Source: Calcarisporiella thermophila CBS 279.70 (taxonomy: Eukaryota; Fungi; Calcarisporiellomycota). From it: a stretch of 64,000 nt of DNA. The translations under genes were made by a program, and so were the position numbers. Of this stretch, positions 1 to 13,158 are shown one piece after another. Position 1 is the first letter of the stretch, and each line of letters opens with the position of its first letter. The stretch covers positions 186,001 to 250,000 of the forward strand of contig NW_027192205.1 in assembly GCF_041956535.1 (NCBI RefSeq). Direction: 5' to 3'. Below the pieces are notes generated by a model, which made no database searches, was not told the origin of the DNA, and saw nothing but the letters and a program-made list of their open reading frames with translations.

Positions 1-178
1 AAAACCAAGAGCACCGTTCGGCGGCCCTCATTCCTCTGCACCGAATTGCTCCCCTCCCTTCCCTCTCTGCTTTGCCCTTGTTTGCGCTTCTGCCGCTTCT
101 CTCCTTTCTTCCTTCCTTCCTTCGTGAGAGGCAATGCGCTGTGTCCCGGCTAATTGAACCCCCACATGTGATTCCATC

Positions 179-1460
179 ATGCGAAACCTACCCCTCATTC
201 TGATTTTCCTCGCTGCATTGGCAGTGTACACTAATGCGATGGCCTCGCGCCCTATGGGCGCAAGCGTTGCCAGGCTGCAACCACGAAATATGATGAAAAG
301 CAAAGACGATACAATGAAGCATAAACCCAAGCACTCCATGAGACCAAAACGAAGAAAAACTCGGCCCATGTGTAAGTTCTCTTCTGCAGTCCCCCCTCTT
401 TGCCTAGTGTCTCTAGTCCATCCCAACTGACCTACCGCTTTTGGTTGCTCTTATTTTCTTCTCCTTTCCCTTGTGGCTATTAGCGAACCACCATAAGATG
501 ACCCCCAAAGCTACACATGTGATGGGGACAAGCTCCCCTTCGAGTATGGGGGGCAAAAATGTGATGCGGACCCCTTCCTCTTCGATGAACCACATGAGCA
601 CAAGGGCCGCTGTTCCCCCCTCTGTCCCCTCCTCCAGGATTCTTCCGTCTGCCTCCTCGAACAAAACAATAGCAGCCCAACCAACCCTGACTCCCAGCAC
701 CCAGCAGCGTGAGACAAGCGACTTCATCATTAATGATAACAGCTCACGCGGGTCAGCAAACCCGCAGCAGGGAGCGAACAATAATCAGCGTGAAACAAGT
801 GAATTCATCACTAACAGCGAGGACCCCAAATCTCCAGGGAACTCCAACGCTGCTCCAAAGTCTAGCGTCTCGGATAAGCACAGCGCCCCCTCCGGAGAGG
901 CTGTCGCGGTGGAGACCGACAAGTCCAACGACCCACCCGCCTCAGGCTCCTCCGGATCAGCTCCCTTGGTCGCCGGACTAACTGTAGTTGGCAGCATCGT
1001 CGTCCTTGCAGTCGGTGTGCTTTCCTTCCGTCAGTACCGCCGCAAAGGCACTCCAGATGCCTCCGACAAAGAGCAACGCCTCATCACCCCGCAAATGATC
1101 TCCGCCCCCATCCACAACCTCACTCCGCCCCCGCAAGTAGAACCCGCCCCGCTCCCTATCCGTGCCCTCGAAAGAGATAGCCTCCCTCATCTGAGAACCC
1201 CTCAGTCGTCACTGGCAGATTATCAACTTAGAGCCTCTCTGGGCCCGAACATTCCAAGGGGGCCTTTTCCCGTCATCGCCACATTCATGCCCACCCTCTC
1301 CGATGAGTTGGATGTACAGGTTGGGGACGAGGTGCTCTTAATACACGAGTACGACGACGGCTGGAGTCAGTGTGTGAATTTGACACGCGGTTGTACGCAG
1401 GGCGTGGTCCCTACCAAGTGTATTGGTATACCACAGGAGAGATTAGATCGAAACTACTAA
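179..1460 (+). CDS. Type I membrane protein with signal peptide, Ser/Thr-rich ectodomain, one TM helix and a C-terminal SH3 domain (Fus1-like architecture); intron 372-483
   Basis: ATG 179 begins MRNLPLILIFLAALAVYTNA. GTAAGT donor at 372 and TAG acceptor at 483 join it in frame to the 441..1460 ORF. TM segment LVAGLTVVGSIVVLAVGVLSF is followed by RQYRRK. SH3 motifs DELDVQVGDEV, DDGW and GVVP. Confidence 0.85.
705..815 (+). repeat. Imperfect 30-nt coding direct repeat (QRETSDFIIN / QRETSEFITN)
   Basis: 705-734 cagcgtgagacaagcgacttcatcattaat versus 786-815 cagcgtgaaacaagtgaattcatcactaac. Confidence 0.8.
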
Positions 1461-2191
1461 CTTCCCCCCTATAATCTACAAGTTCCAATATGTATACACC
1501 TCTCTATTTTCTTCCATTTACCCTCCTTTTTTTTTTGCTAAATTTCGTTTTTATCCTACCTCTCAATGCACCCCTCCGTTCTTTTCCCCCTCCCCTAGCC
1601 TCAACTTAATCGCTAATGTTTTTGCTCTCTTTCGCTCCTTCGAGAGATACAACATTCTCCCGATCTAGTCTCCTGAAAGTTGCTTCAATTCGACTTAATA
1701 TTTATAGCATTCTCGTCAATTCTTGTATATTTCTTCTCTCCTGTAGCAGGAGGAATGCGACTTTTTTTTTCACTTTTCTCCCTTATTCCAGTTTCATTTT
1801 TTGTTATTGGAAATAAATACACCTTGCTCAACCATAGGTGATAAATGGCCCTCATCATTATTCGGAATAAATAAATATGGTAATGTAGCGAGTTTAGTTG
1901 GAATAGAGGAAAAATGAAAAAAAGAACTTCCTATATCCACACAGAGGAAACAGAGAGGCGATATCTGGAACAGACGAAGAGAGGGAAATAACTTATAACT
2001 TATATAAAGACAAAAAAAAAAAAAAAACAATTTAGAAGGAAATGCAAAAGAGAAAGAAAAATAAATACAAAATGCTAAAAACAAAATATAATAAAAAAAG
2101 AGAAGGAATATGGGAAGGGGAAAAAGCGAGAAAGTAAAGGTATGATGTACAATAAACTTGTGGAAAGAAGAAAAAAAATGGGAAACAAAAA

Positions 2192-5100
2192 CTAATCTTT
2201 TCGTTGAGAAGCAGCTTCTCGCAGCATATCGTTCCAATAATGATTGTCTAGCATTCCTACGACCTGCTCCGCGGTATTTTCATCCAGCTCCCGGTCGGTG
2301 CCATCATGCAATTGGGCGTACGCAGAGGGCTGCCACGAAGACGGCGCTTCATTCTGCTCTGCGCTTCCCGAGGAATATTCGGCCGAACTTCGATAGCTGA
2401 GGTTGGGGCTGCCACCGAAAAGTGAGCCGATGTGATGGGCCTCCATGGAGGAAGCATAAGGGGATGCGCCCGGGGAGAATGAGGGTGAATAGAGCGGTGA
2501 GGAGGGGGAGGTTGGAGAGGCAGGCCCTGGCGAGTACTCTCGGTCGCTGCCGGAATAGTTGGAGAGCTGGAGGGAGGGTCTAGGGCGAGAGGTGGAGGGC
2601 TCGGCAAGTTGAGACTGAGAGCCGATGACAATCCGCGGGACATCGCCCTCATACCCCTCGTGTCCTGCTCTCGCGGGCTGGGCGGTAAGACGCTGCCGCC
2701 TTAAGGCAAGCATCTTTTGGAACTTTCGCCGCGTAAAAAGCGTCCTCAGCAATCCACGGACACGATCCAGGTTAACCAAATCCTCCACCCGTTCCAGCTT
2801 CTGCTTCCGTCGCAGGATTTCATCCACAAGCAGGCTCTTGCCGTCGTCGACAAGCTTGTAGTGCGCAAGCATCAGGAGCATGTTGGTGAAGGATATACCC
2901 TTTCCTTGCTCCTCGCTGCACACCGCCTCCTGGTAAAGATAGTTGAACAAGTGGCGTCGCTCGTGAAGTGTGCGCTGATCCAGCTCGTTCAGTTTTGCAC
3001 TGAGCCTTCGCCAGTCGATCTCTGGCTGCTCAAGCCGCATTCGTCGGTCAACCACAAAGTGCTGAGATTCCATAGCAGCGCGCGGCGTTGAGCAATCCCT
3101 GACCAGCCGCTTGACCGAGTACTCGTCACCATAGATGCGCACATCGAACGACCCCGACAACAGCCGGAAGAAACGTACAAAGTCTTTTTTCTGGATATAA
3201 CCCGTACGCTCCGTGTCAATCGTGGCCCAGGCCCGCTTGAAGTTGCGGATTTCATCGCGGTTGATCAGCGAAAATGACGAGGCAATCTGATAACAGTACG
3301 AGAAGTTGTCGAGCACGACGACAACAAACATAGCCGTGAAGATATACATAGAGATGATATTGAATGAGAGGAAAAGGAAGTAGGTCCACGCGGTGCTACC
3401 GCAGTCGGAGTTAAGGTAGTTCTCCGGATCGTTGACGCAAAACGGCACCTCGACGGTATAGTCGTGCATCACTCGGTTCCAATCCTCCCTGAAAAGAGAA
3501 TAAGTTGGGAAGGCGTTAGCGTCTAGTTCTTCCATCCCTCCAAGGATAGAATCCACTCCTCAAAGCGCTGTATGATCACTTACCCCGTTGAAAACCGTAC
3601 CAACATCAGAAGTGCATTGCCGAAATTCCGAAAATTGATATGCTCATTTTTCGCCTCCGAGCCATAGCGCGTCAGCCCAAAAATTTCCACAAACATGATC
3701 GCGTACACCGTTAGCACCACAAACCACACCGCAAAGAGATTGAAGATCTCGGGCGCGCTAGCCGCCACTATTTTAAACAGTTGATTAAGACTGTCAGACT
3801 TCTGGACGAGTTTGAAGCAAATGGCGGTAAGGAACAGCTTCTGCGCCTCCATGACGGCAGTCGACTGATTTGGATGAAGCATGCCGTATGTGGTGGCCGC
3901 AGCCCCAGTGACAACGACCACGTCATAGAGATTCCAAGAATTTTGGCGGAAACTCTCCCATCCAAGCCCTATGAGCTTGATAAGAATCTCGGCAATGTAG
4001 AAAAATGTATATGTCAAATAGAGGTATTCTAAGTAGAAAAAAAAATTAAATAATTAGAATTATATTGGAGAGGCCAACTTAGAAATGCCCACAACGAGTA
4101 TAAAAAGCAATCGAATCGGCTCAACCTACCCTTTAATCTATTCGACCACTCCGGCTCAGTGCGGTACTCCGACATTAGCGTAATAATATTGAGCACGCAC
4201 ACGACTGTCATAATTTTACTCAACCAACCACGCTTATCGGCGGCACGATCATAACACCATGATCGGAAACGACCAACAGGTCGTACCTTGGGGCGTTTCG
4301 CAGGCCTGATTTGCCTCAGCAGCTTCTTCAGGTCAATCCACTGCCGCTGGTCGGCCGTAAGAAAAGCGGTGCCGCTGCGACGTGTGAAGTTCTCAATCAC
4401 GACCCCCAAGAATAGGTTCAACACGAACACCGCTCCTGCCAAATTGAACACCATGAAGAAGATGGCGTTTGCTTGCGATGTATCAATTCCCTGGGTCAAT
4501 CCTGATCCTCTGATGCCCATGGAGGTTGTTTCAACATCAATCCAACCCTCTCCCGACACAATTTCAAAGAGAATCAACAGTGCGGACCCAAAGCTGTCGA
4601 AGCTATAGTGGTATGGGTTTGACCACACCCGAGGTGTAAGCGCCTTGTTGTCGTTAGGGAGCGACTGTAAGAATTCGCCGACACAGCTCGAAATATCGGG
4701 CACCTGGTTGTTGAAGTTGTCATTGCACTGGTAGAAGAGGCCCATGAATAGATTCTGCCCATAGAGCGCAAACGGTACAATCAAACACAGTGAGAGGGCA
4801 GCTGCGCTGGCAATCCGCGGCAATCCCGCGACTAAAATTGCATAAAAGGTTTTCTTGATTGCCGGGGCCAGATTGATCAAGCGTAGAGCACGTAGTGCCT
4901 TGAAGGCACGAAATGCTCGGGAAAGACCGGTTGAGCTCGTCAAATTTCCAAGCAAGTTGACATAGAGGGTAAACAGCACGAAGAAATCAAGTCCATTCCA
5001 AGCGTTATACAGGTATGCGTTTGGGGTGAATAGAAATCCGTCTGCGATCACGCGGATGAGAAACTCAATGGTGAAAATGGCGGTAAAGAGGGTGTCGAGC

Positions 5101-8100
5101 CTGTAGAAGATATACTCATGGCCGCGTCCCTCAAGCATGTATTTGCGTTGCAACATGGGCGTATTCACAGCCGTGATTGCTACGTTGACAACCACTGAAA
5201 GGAATATAAAGAGGGTGAAGGCAGTGCTAGCAACGGGATGTGGAGGCACACCAAAGGTACGGTCGCCATAGCTGGGTGGAACCAATCGTTGACAAAAGCG
5301 ACGGATGGGATTAGAAGGTCGGAAGATAAAGAGCGATACATCATACATCGGGTGTTGGGTGATAAACTCCTCCTTTTGCGCATTCCTTTCCCGCATGTCA
5401 TCACGCAGGAGCTCGGTTCGATTGGCCGCCGAGGTGAAGTATTCGCTATTGTCCTTGGATGGATCGGAAGAGCTATGATAGATGGAGACAGGTGAACAAA
5501 ATTTAAAAGGTTAATGCGTGTTTGAAAATTAGCGATAAGAAAAACACATACCCAAAAGCTGATAATAAATGTGCCGCTGAGGCTTGGTTCACATCAAAAT
5601 GGGTACTTCCACGCCGGTCCGCAAGCGCAGCAAATCCAACATGATCGTCGTCCTTAAAACCAAAAAACCGCCTTACTCGAGCCCAAGTCGCATAGTTGGA
5701 GGGCAATTTATACGACTCTGGTTGTTTCTTCTCGCTCGGATTGTGGTCCGTCAAGAAATCGCGGATATATCGTTTTTGCATCGGCAGGATAAGGCTGGAC
5801 GGCATGCCTTCAACGGCTAATGATTTAGGCTTTGGAGCAAAGTATCGGAATATGTTCCACCGGCTAATAGGATCATTCTTGGATCTCCTAGCTTTCGAGG
5901 TTTGGTCGATAAAAGCCTCAATCTGTGCTTTTCTCTTCGCATCCTCGTGGATTTCAAAATTTTCCAGGATAATAGCAATGAACATGTTGAGAAGCACGAC
6001 TATAGAATGAAAAGTCCGGGTAAACTAACCATCAAAAGGGGCAGAAGTCGCCAAAAAACTTACAGTTAGAAAATCCAAACCAAAGCACAAGGAATATGGC
6101 GTTGATTGCAGAGTTTTTCCACTGTGCATCATACGACATAGCATTAAAGAGAACATCCGACCAATTTTCACCGCTGAAAAGCTATTGCATGAAAGAATAA
6201 AAAATTTTAGCGTAAGCTAAGTGGCAAGAGGGTACTTTCAAGAAGTTACTTGATATAGTGCCACCACGCTGTTAAAGAACGTGTAGAAACGCATCTCAAT
6301 GGGATTTCCATCCTCGTCCATAACTGGAATAACATCTCGCAGCAGTTGTATTGCCTGAAAGTAAATTGGAAGAGAATGAATAAATCCTGTATATAAAGAC
6401 GCTGTTCAGAGAGTAGTATGTGCTTACAATAAGTGCCGTGATAAAATGAATGAGAATGATGAAAAACACAAGATTTGCCAGACCCACAACACTGCCAATA
6501 GCTTGCCACTAATAAAGGTTCGGAAGAAATGAATGGACTATGCTTTTATAGGTAGGTAATAATGGATTTTACCATCAATTTGCGCAGAAGCGGAATTGCT
6601 ACGATGATACGGTACCCTCTAGCAATTTGTAGGGCAGTCAGGTATTTATATGCCGGCGACTGCGGGATGGGTGGCAATTGAATGATTGTGGTGGAAATGG
6701 CGAGGAAAAGATCAAAACAGTTGGCTTTGGAGCGGAAAAATTTGCGATAATTTGGCATGTAAGAGATGAAGCGAAGAATGATTTCAAGTAGAAATATGAG
6801 AGTGAACACAAGCTCCGCCATGGCTGTTGTACAAAGAGAAAATTAATACTTATAGGTAGGCGAACACGAAAATACACGAACCTATTGCATAAAGGCCACC
6901 TGCTGACATTGAGTAGCTCTTCAATCCCATTGCAGCCAGATCTGCAAAAACAAGCAGGACCCAAAACGGCTCAGATTTCTTGAAGTTTTTCTGGAATTTG
7001 CTTGGCTCCCGCGTTGCGTCGTCGCGAATTGCCCAGCCTTCTCCAGTTTCCGAGAGTACAACTGTATGCCTATTAAATGGTTGTGAGTAACAAATTTTAA
7101 TCAATCAAAACTAGGTGACGAAAGCTGTTAAAACCTACTTTAATGATGTGAAAGCACTATGTGAAGTATCCTGTCGAATCTTCGCGAACATTTCCGTAAT
7201 CACCGCGACGAACAAATTGATAAGCCAAAAATTCATCACAATAACAATGATGATGAAGTAGATACACGCCCAGCCAAATTCCGAGTCCATAATGTCATAC
7301 ATAATGTCGGTCCAATTTTGAACTAGATAAAAGACAGATATGTTTAGCGATGGGGCATCGTCCCGAAATATAAAAAGGAATCTTACCTCCTGCAACAACG
7401 AAAACTAGAAGCATAGACTCGGCAATGTTATCAAAACTAATTGTGCCATTATGAGGATTTTTACGCTCCTAATTTTTTTTTATATTAGAGACAAAACCTA
7501 TATTCTATGTAAAAGATAAATGATCTCACCATGCATTTCTGTCCAACCGGACACAAGTAACCCTTCGGCCATAGTGGTGAAGGCTTTCCTGGAACACCTG
7601 GCACCGTTGAATTGCGAATGAAGGATACAGCCTGCACTACACCGGTCTCAGTCCGTTCTAACCAACCTCCACATAGCTGGTCAAGCGTTTGCAATTCCTC
7701 ACCATTATCACCAATCACAACACATCGCCGCAAGAGTGATCCACGAAACGCCTGCACACCGACAATACCGAAGATAACAAAGAAAAATCCAACAAAGAAA
7801 GCGACATTTGCAAGGAGAGGAGCGCTTTTCTTCAAGGATTGAAGGATGGTCTAAGTAGCATTGAGCAGCATTAGAATCGAGAGCAAATAAAGTCGATAAA
7901 GTGTGGATATAAGATGCTTACCGCATTTCCAGGCGTAATACTCAACAATCGCAAGAGTCTCAACCCAGCTAACGCTTGAAACAAATATATATGATGATCA
8001 TCCGTCGTCTGGGTCTTCGTTAACACCAACGCTAAATTCACCCAATAACATATGACCGCTAAGAAATCCATACGGTTAAAGCTATGTCGCAAATAGGCTG

Positions 8101-9551
8101 TAGCGCGTGGTATTTCAATTTGAGAGGTGGAATTGGATGCAATCACGGCCTGATCTATGGTATTGGCATTCCTGGCTAGCGAGTCTTTGCGTGGTGATAA
8201 CTCTTTGGAATTATGAATCTGGGAACGAGGATGTGTATTGAGATTTCGATTATCCACTATATCGGGGGGGCTGACATAAATGGGCGCGACCGTTGGTGGT
8301 TTCGGGTTGATAATAAATCCAGATACGACAATGCGAGCAAATATTTCTAGTCTGAAATCAAAAGGGCAAGTTAAAACACTTACTCACACTTAGATTGCAT
8401 CAACTGAACACTTACGAATAGATGGAATAAATTATAAGCAAGGTCCAATCTAACCAGGAGCCCCACCCTAGGGTTCGGCATTGATCAAAACCCGAAAATT
8501 CATCTTGTGGTTGGGCTTTGCATTGTCTGGTATTCCAAGCATCGATGGAAAGTACAATAGCATGCAGCAAGATTATACCAAGAATAATAGGCTCTGTCCA
8601 TCTAATAAATTGCAATTTAAAAGTTGTGAGCAAGCATAGCCTCCAAACATATAAGCTTAATATTTACTTGTGATGAAGAATATGATAGAGTGTAACCCGA
8701 AAAAAGTTTCGTGGGCCGAATATACACAAGGACCTGCCCTGCAGCATTGGGATGGTAAGGGTTGTGGAAGTTATATCCACAGCATGTTCTGAGTAAGGGG
8801 GAGCTTCGATAGCCGGCTTCTCATAAATGACTGCTTTTGTTTGGCGTTTCAACTCATGTTTTTTGCGCATAGAAGTGCCTCGCTCCAGCTCGGTAGTCTT
8901 CTGCTCGGTATTGTGGAGGTTCACCACTCGGGTTGAAGCCCGTTGAAGAATCGTGCCTACAACGTTAAGGCGGTTCGCTTGACGATGTGTGCTAAATCGT
9001 ATCGGCGTTCGCTCTTTCTCGATTCCGCTTTCCAATTTCGAGGTATCGAATTGAATACCTGAAGGGCTGTGTCGCAAAGGCTGTGCATTCTCAGTCAAAC
9101 GTGCTGTATCAGCATAATCGGAAGGCGGCTCGTCTTCTTCATCCTCATGATCCGCAATGTGTCCACTTCCACCCTCAATCGAAGATGTAAAAGAAGAAAT
9201 GCTCTCTCTTCCAGCTGGGAAGGGGACCATTTGCGTGAGCTCCATGTCTTGTGGATGGAAGAGACTATTTCCACGGTGGAATCCGAGAGTACGTCTCCTA
9301 CCAAAAGAGCTCACATGTCGGTGCATCGGAAACCGATCGTTTTCATGTCTGGAATGCGGCGATGTATAGGATGTATCACCAAATTGTACATCGTTGTCAA
9401 TGCTGTTATTGTTGGTGTTGTTGTCGTCATGATGTCGATGTTGTGCATTGTTGAAATCGCGACCGAAAATGTCGTCTTCTCCTGAGCCCCATCTGGATCC
9501 ATCAGCGTGGGTAGGCGATGGACCAGGAGGACGATCAGATGTATGCTCCAT
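2192..9551 (-). CDS. CCH1: Four-domain Cch1/NALCN-type calcium channel, multi-exon
   Basis: Four 6-TM repeats across the exon ORFs. S4-like segments RAFRAFKALRALRL and LRLLRLL. Pore loops VQNWTD, SGENWSD, SGEGWID and STGEDWN. EF-like segment FKRAWATID. ATG at 9551. Confidence 0.95.
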
Positions 9552-10313
9552 ATATTAAAGAGCACCTGATGAACGATCAGGCTTCTTCAATCGTAAGAGT
9601 ACAAATAGGTTTGATTAAGAGAGAAGCTCGCTCTTAATACTCGGAGAAATTCAATCTCTAGCTATATAATGGATTGTTTGTTTTAAGTATTTTAAAAAGA
9701 TTGACTAAATATCCACATTTTCTTTCCTTTGGATAAGGTCCCTGTGAGACAGAAATTGAAAAGAATGTTTTGAGCCTCCTCGATTTCAGATACGTCAGAT
9801 ACTTTCCTTAAAGTAGAATGCTTATCTAAATCAATGGGTGCAGGTCTAGATGTGAGAACAAATTATTGGAAACGCTTCCTACTTAGAGTTCATTTGTGCA
9901 TAGCTGCCAACGAAACTTCTTTTTCGGGAGTATTCGAGATGGCTTGGAGTTTTCTTGCCAAGTTTTTTGCCTATCGAAAATAGGATCATATATAGTTGAA
10001 TATGGCTTATTAACAGTTTTTTAACTTAAACAGTCCGGAGGTTCAAAGCCATGGAGAAGTTTCCCTGGGAATTAATAGGCTAGACCTACTCTTTCCGGAC
10101 TATTAGTAAAAATTTTTCGCCAATTTTGTCGAAAAATTAATAGGCAAATCCCGGAGAGAACACTAAAGGAGATGAGTAATTTTAAACGTCTGTAAATATC
10201 GGAAAGCATAATGAAATGAAAATATATAAACGTGAGCGATAGGTAGGAATGCAAAAAAGACAAACCAGGAGCATTATATATTTTCTTCTCAATTCTTTAC
10301 ATTCTATTATAGG

Positions 10314-12697
10314 ATGGCTACAAATCAAGGTAAGCATGTTCATTAGACCCTCTTTTTTTTTCTTACCTTTCAGCTTTGCTCTAGCGCTATTTTTGATCGA
10401 CCCATCATGGGGATTTAAATCGGTGACTTTGACAATGGCTGGAGCTGTCACGGCTTCTCTTCTATTATTATTGAGTATCCAACCTTTTTTTCGTACACCC
10501 AACACTGGGAAATCCTCTAAGCAAGGAGTTATAACAAAACCCACCTCACGTCCACAGCCTTCCACACTTCAAAACTCCAAGAATTTTGTTAAAAAAATGG
10601 AAGAAAAAGTAGGTTTTGTTTTAACTTTCAAGACTTTTCCTTAAATACTCAAATATTCTACGTGGATTTTCAGAATTATAATTTAATAATATTTTACGGA
10701 TCCCAAACTGGTACAGCCGAAGATTATGCTATGAGACTTGCTCGAGAGGCTATGCAGAAATATGGATTACGAGTCATAGTTGCAAACGTCGAGGATTACG
10801 ATCTCCGCTATCTTAGCCAACTACGTTGTCTTGCTATTTTTGTATTGGCGACATATGGAGAGGGTGAACCGACGGATAGCGCGAAAGAATTTTGGGAAAT
10901 AGTTTGCTCCGAAGATTCAGCGTTCAAAGGAGAAGAGAAGGAGCGCCCACTTGAAAATCTTCGATACTTTATCTTTGGATTGGGAAACCGCGGCTACGAG
11001 CTCTTTAACGAGTAATATGGCATTAATTATTTATTTTTATCAATTGGCCTAATTGTGTGTTTTTTAATTGCATAGATGTTCACGGAGAGTTGATAAAGAA
11101 CTGCAACGTTGGGGTGCAACGAGACTGGGTAGTCGAGGAGAGGGTGACGATGACTCTAACTTGGAAGAAGATTTCCTTACGTGGAAAGAAGAGATATGGA
11201 GTATACTGTCGAAGGAAATGGTACTTGCCACGCTCGAGAGTGATAGCTCCTATTCTGAACAATTTATTGTTAAAGAGTTATCCTCGGAGGAATTAGAGAA
11301 AACACATGTATATCATGGCGAACTGGTTGATCAAAATATCAAAAATCAAGAGTAAGGCTTAGCTTTAACTGGAATTGTCTGAGTATTCTAATTATTTGAA
11401 CCTAAACCATTCTTATAGCATTAATGAATATAGCGCGAAAAGGCCGTTCTTTGCACCGATATCAACTAGAAACCTTTTTTCATCCACTTGCTCACGCGTC
11501 TGTATTCATGGTGAAATTGATTTAGCAAGCTCGGGCATGACATACGAAACAGGCGACCACCTTGGAGTTTGGCCATTGAATCCCGAAGAAGAGGTTGAAC
11601 GTTTAGCCAGAGCACTTGGGCTTTGGTCTCGCGTTGATCAGATCATCACAGTCCGGAGCAAGGAGGGGTCTGGCAACAAGCTCTATCCGTTCCCTTCGCC
11701 AAGCTCATATCGCACCATTTTTCGGCATTATCTTGATATTTGCACCATCCCTTCACGTCAAACTATTTGTCAACTTGCAAACTTTGCTCCAACCGATGAT
11801 GCCAAAAACTATTTAACTAATCTCGGTGAGAAAGCCGAGTACACTCGTAGAGTAAAGAATTCATGTCTTACGCTAGGTCAAGTGCTAGAACGCGCGTCAA
11901 CCCAATCATTTACTGGAGTGCCTTTCTCCTTCATCGTCGAAAATATATCCAGATTACAGTGTAGATACTACTCAATATCTTCATCCAACATGGTATCTCC
12001 AAATTCACCGCACATAGCTGCAGTAGCTCTTTCATATCACCCAGATGGGGAGCCTTCTCGTACAGTTTATGGAGTTGGGTCGAATTATCTCAAGAAGATA
12101 TTTCACCACCAGAATCCAAACGAACCCATCAATTTTCCCAATACACCGCACTACCATATAACAAGGACTCATAACATTGTTCGTATACCAGTTCATATCC
12201 GACAATCAACCTTCAAATTGCCGCAAGACAAGAGTATTCCAATCATAATGGTAGGTCCCGGAACGGGTGCAGCACCATTTCGAGGATTTATGCAAGAACG
12301 TGCACTAAGTGCTGAGAAAGGAGAAGACGTGGGGCCAATGCTCTTGTTCACTGGATGTAGAAATAAGGAGCAAGACTTTCTCTACGGCGATGAATGGGAG
12401 CAATATTTTCAACATTTGCCATTTTCTCAAGTGATTACTGCATTTTCCCGAGATCAGCCGGAGAAAATATATGTTCAACATCGACTATATGAGAATGCGA
12501 CAGCAGTTTGGAATATATTAAGCACTAAAAGTGGTTACTTTTATGTATGTGGAGATGCTAAGAGCATGGCAAAAGAGGTGAATTTGACGTTGGTGCGAAT
12601 TGCGCAGGAGCTTGGGGCGATGACTCAGCAGGAAGCCATGGATTGGGTTAAAGATTTGAGATCAAATGGAAGGTATATGGAGGATGTGTGGAGCTAA
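10314..12697 (+). CDS. NCP1: NADPH-cytochrome P450 reductase, 5 exons
   Basis: N-terminal membrane anchor. FMN motifs FYGSQTGTAE, ATYGEGEP and FGLGN. FAD motif RYYSISSS. NADPH motifs MVGPGTGAAPFRGF and YVCGDA. Ends DVWS. The start is inferred from ATG 10314 plus a GTAAGC intron. Confidence 0.93.
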
Positions 12698-13158
12698 TTC
12701 GAAGTACTCTATTAGTTTTTGCAATGTATAGAGCATTTCCATTTTCTTTATTTTTTTTTTAATAGAGCATGCAGATTTTAATATAATTTATAACATGAGA
12801 ATTTCAAGCATATATTTTCACTGTGCAACTAATAAAACCCCAAACTCCAAAAGCTGCTTGGTTTATACGAGTTCAATACAATTACTGCTTTTCTAGATTT
12901 AGTTAAACTACTGTTATTACTACCCTTACTCAGACATGTTAGAGAAGCCAGGATGTTGAATAATGAACAGAAGGCTCTAGAGTATCAAAATCGAGTGCAT
13001 TATAAATCCTCATTCATAATTTAAGTGGCTTGGTATTCCTCATTCATCTCTTCGCGACCTAGTCTTCCTTCGACAAAGGTGGTGTTCTTTTTGCTTCTTT
13101 TTTTTTTGCTTCTATTTTTTTTATACATAATTTTATTGTGAAATAAGCCTTTTTCGTC

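Noticed and set aside
1794-2237. 147-aa Phe-rich ORF (also 26336..26611)
   Set aside because: These are translations of T-rich 3'UTR sequence downstream of CCH1 and YAK1.
2889-7628. U12-type donor motifs in CCH1 (ATATCCTTC near 2890, GTATCCTTC near 7620 on the minus strand)
   Set aside because: Both lie inside continuous coding exons. The CCH1 introns I traced are ordinary GT-AG.
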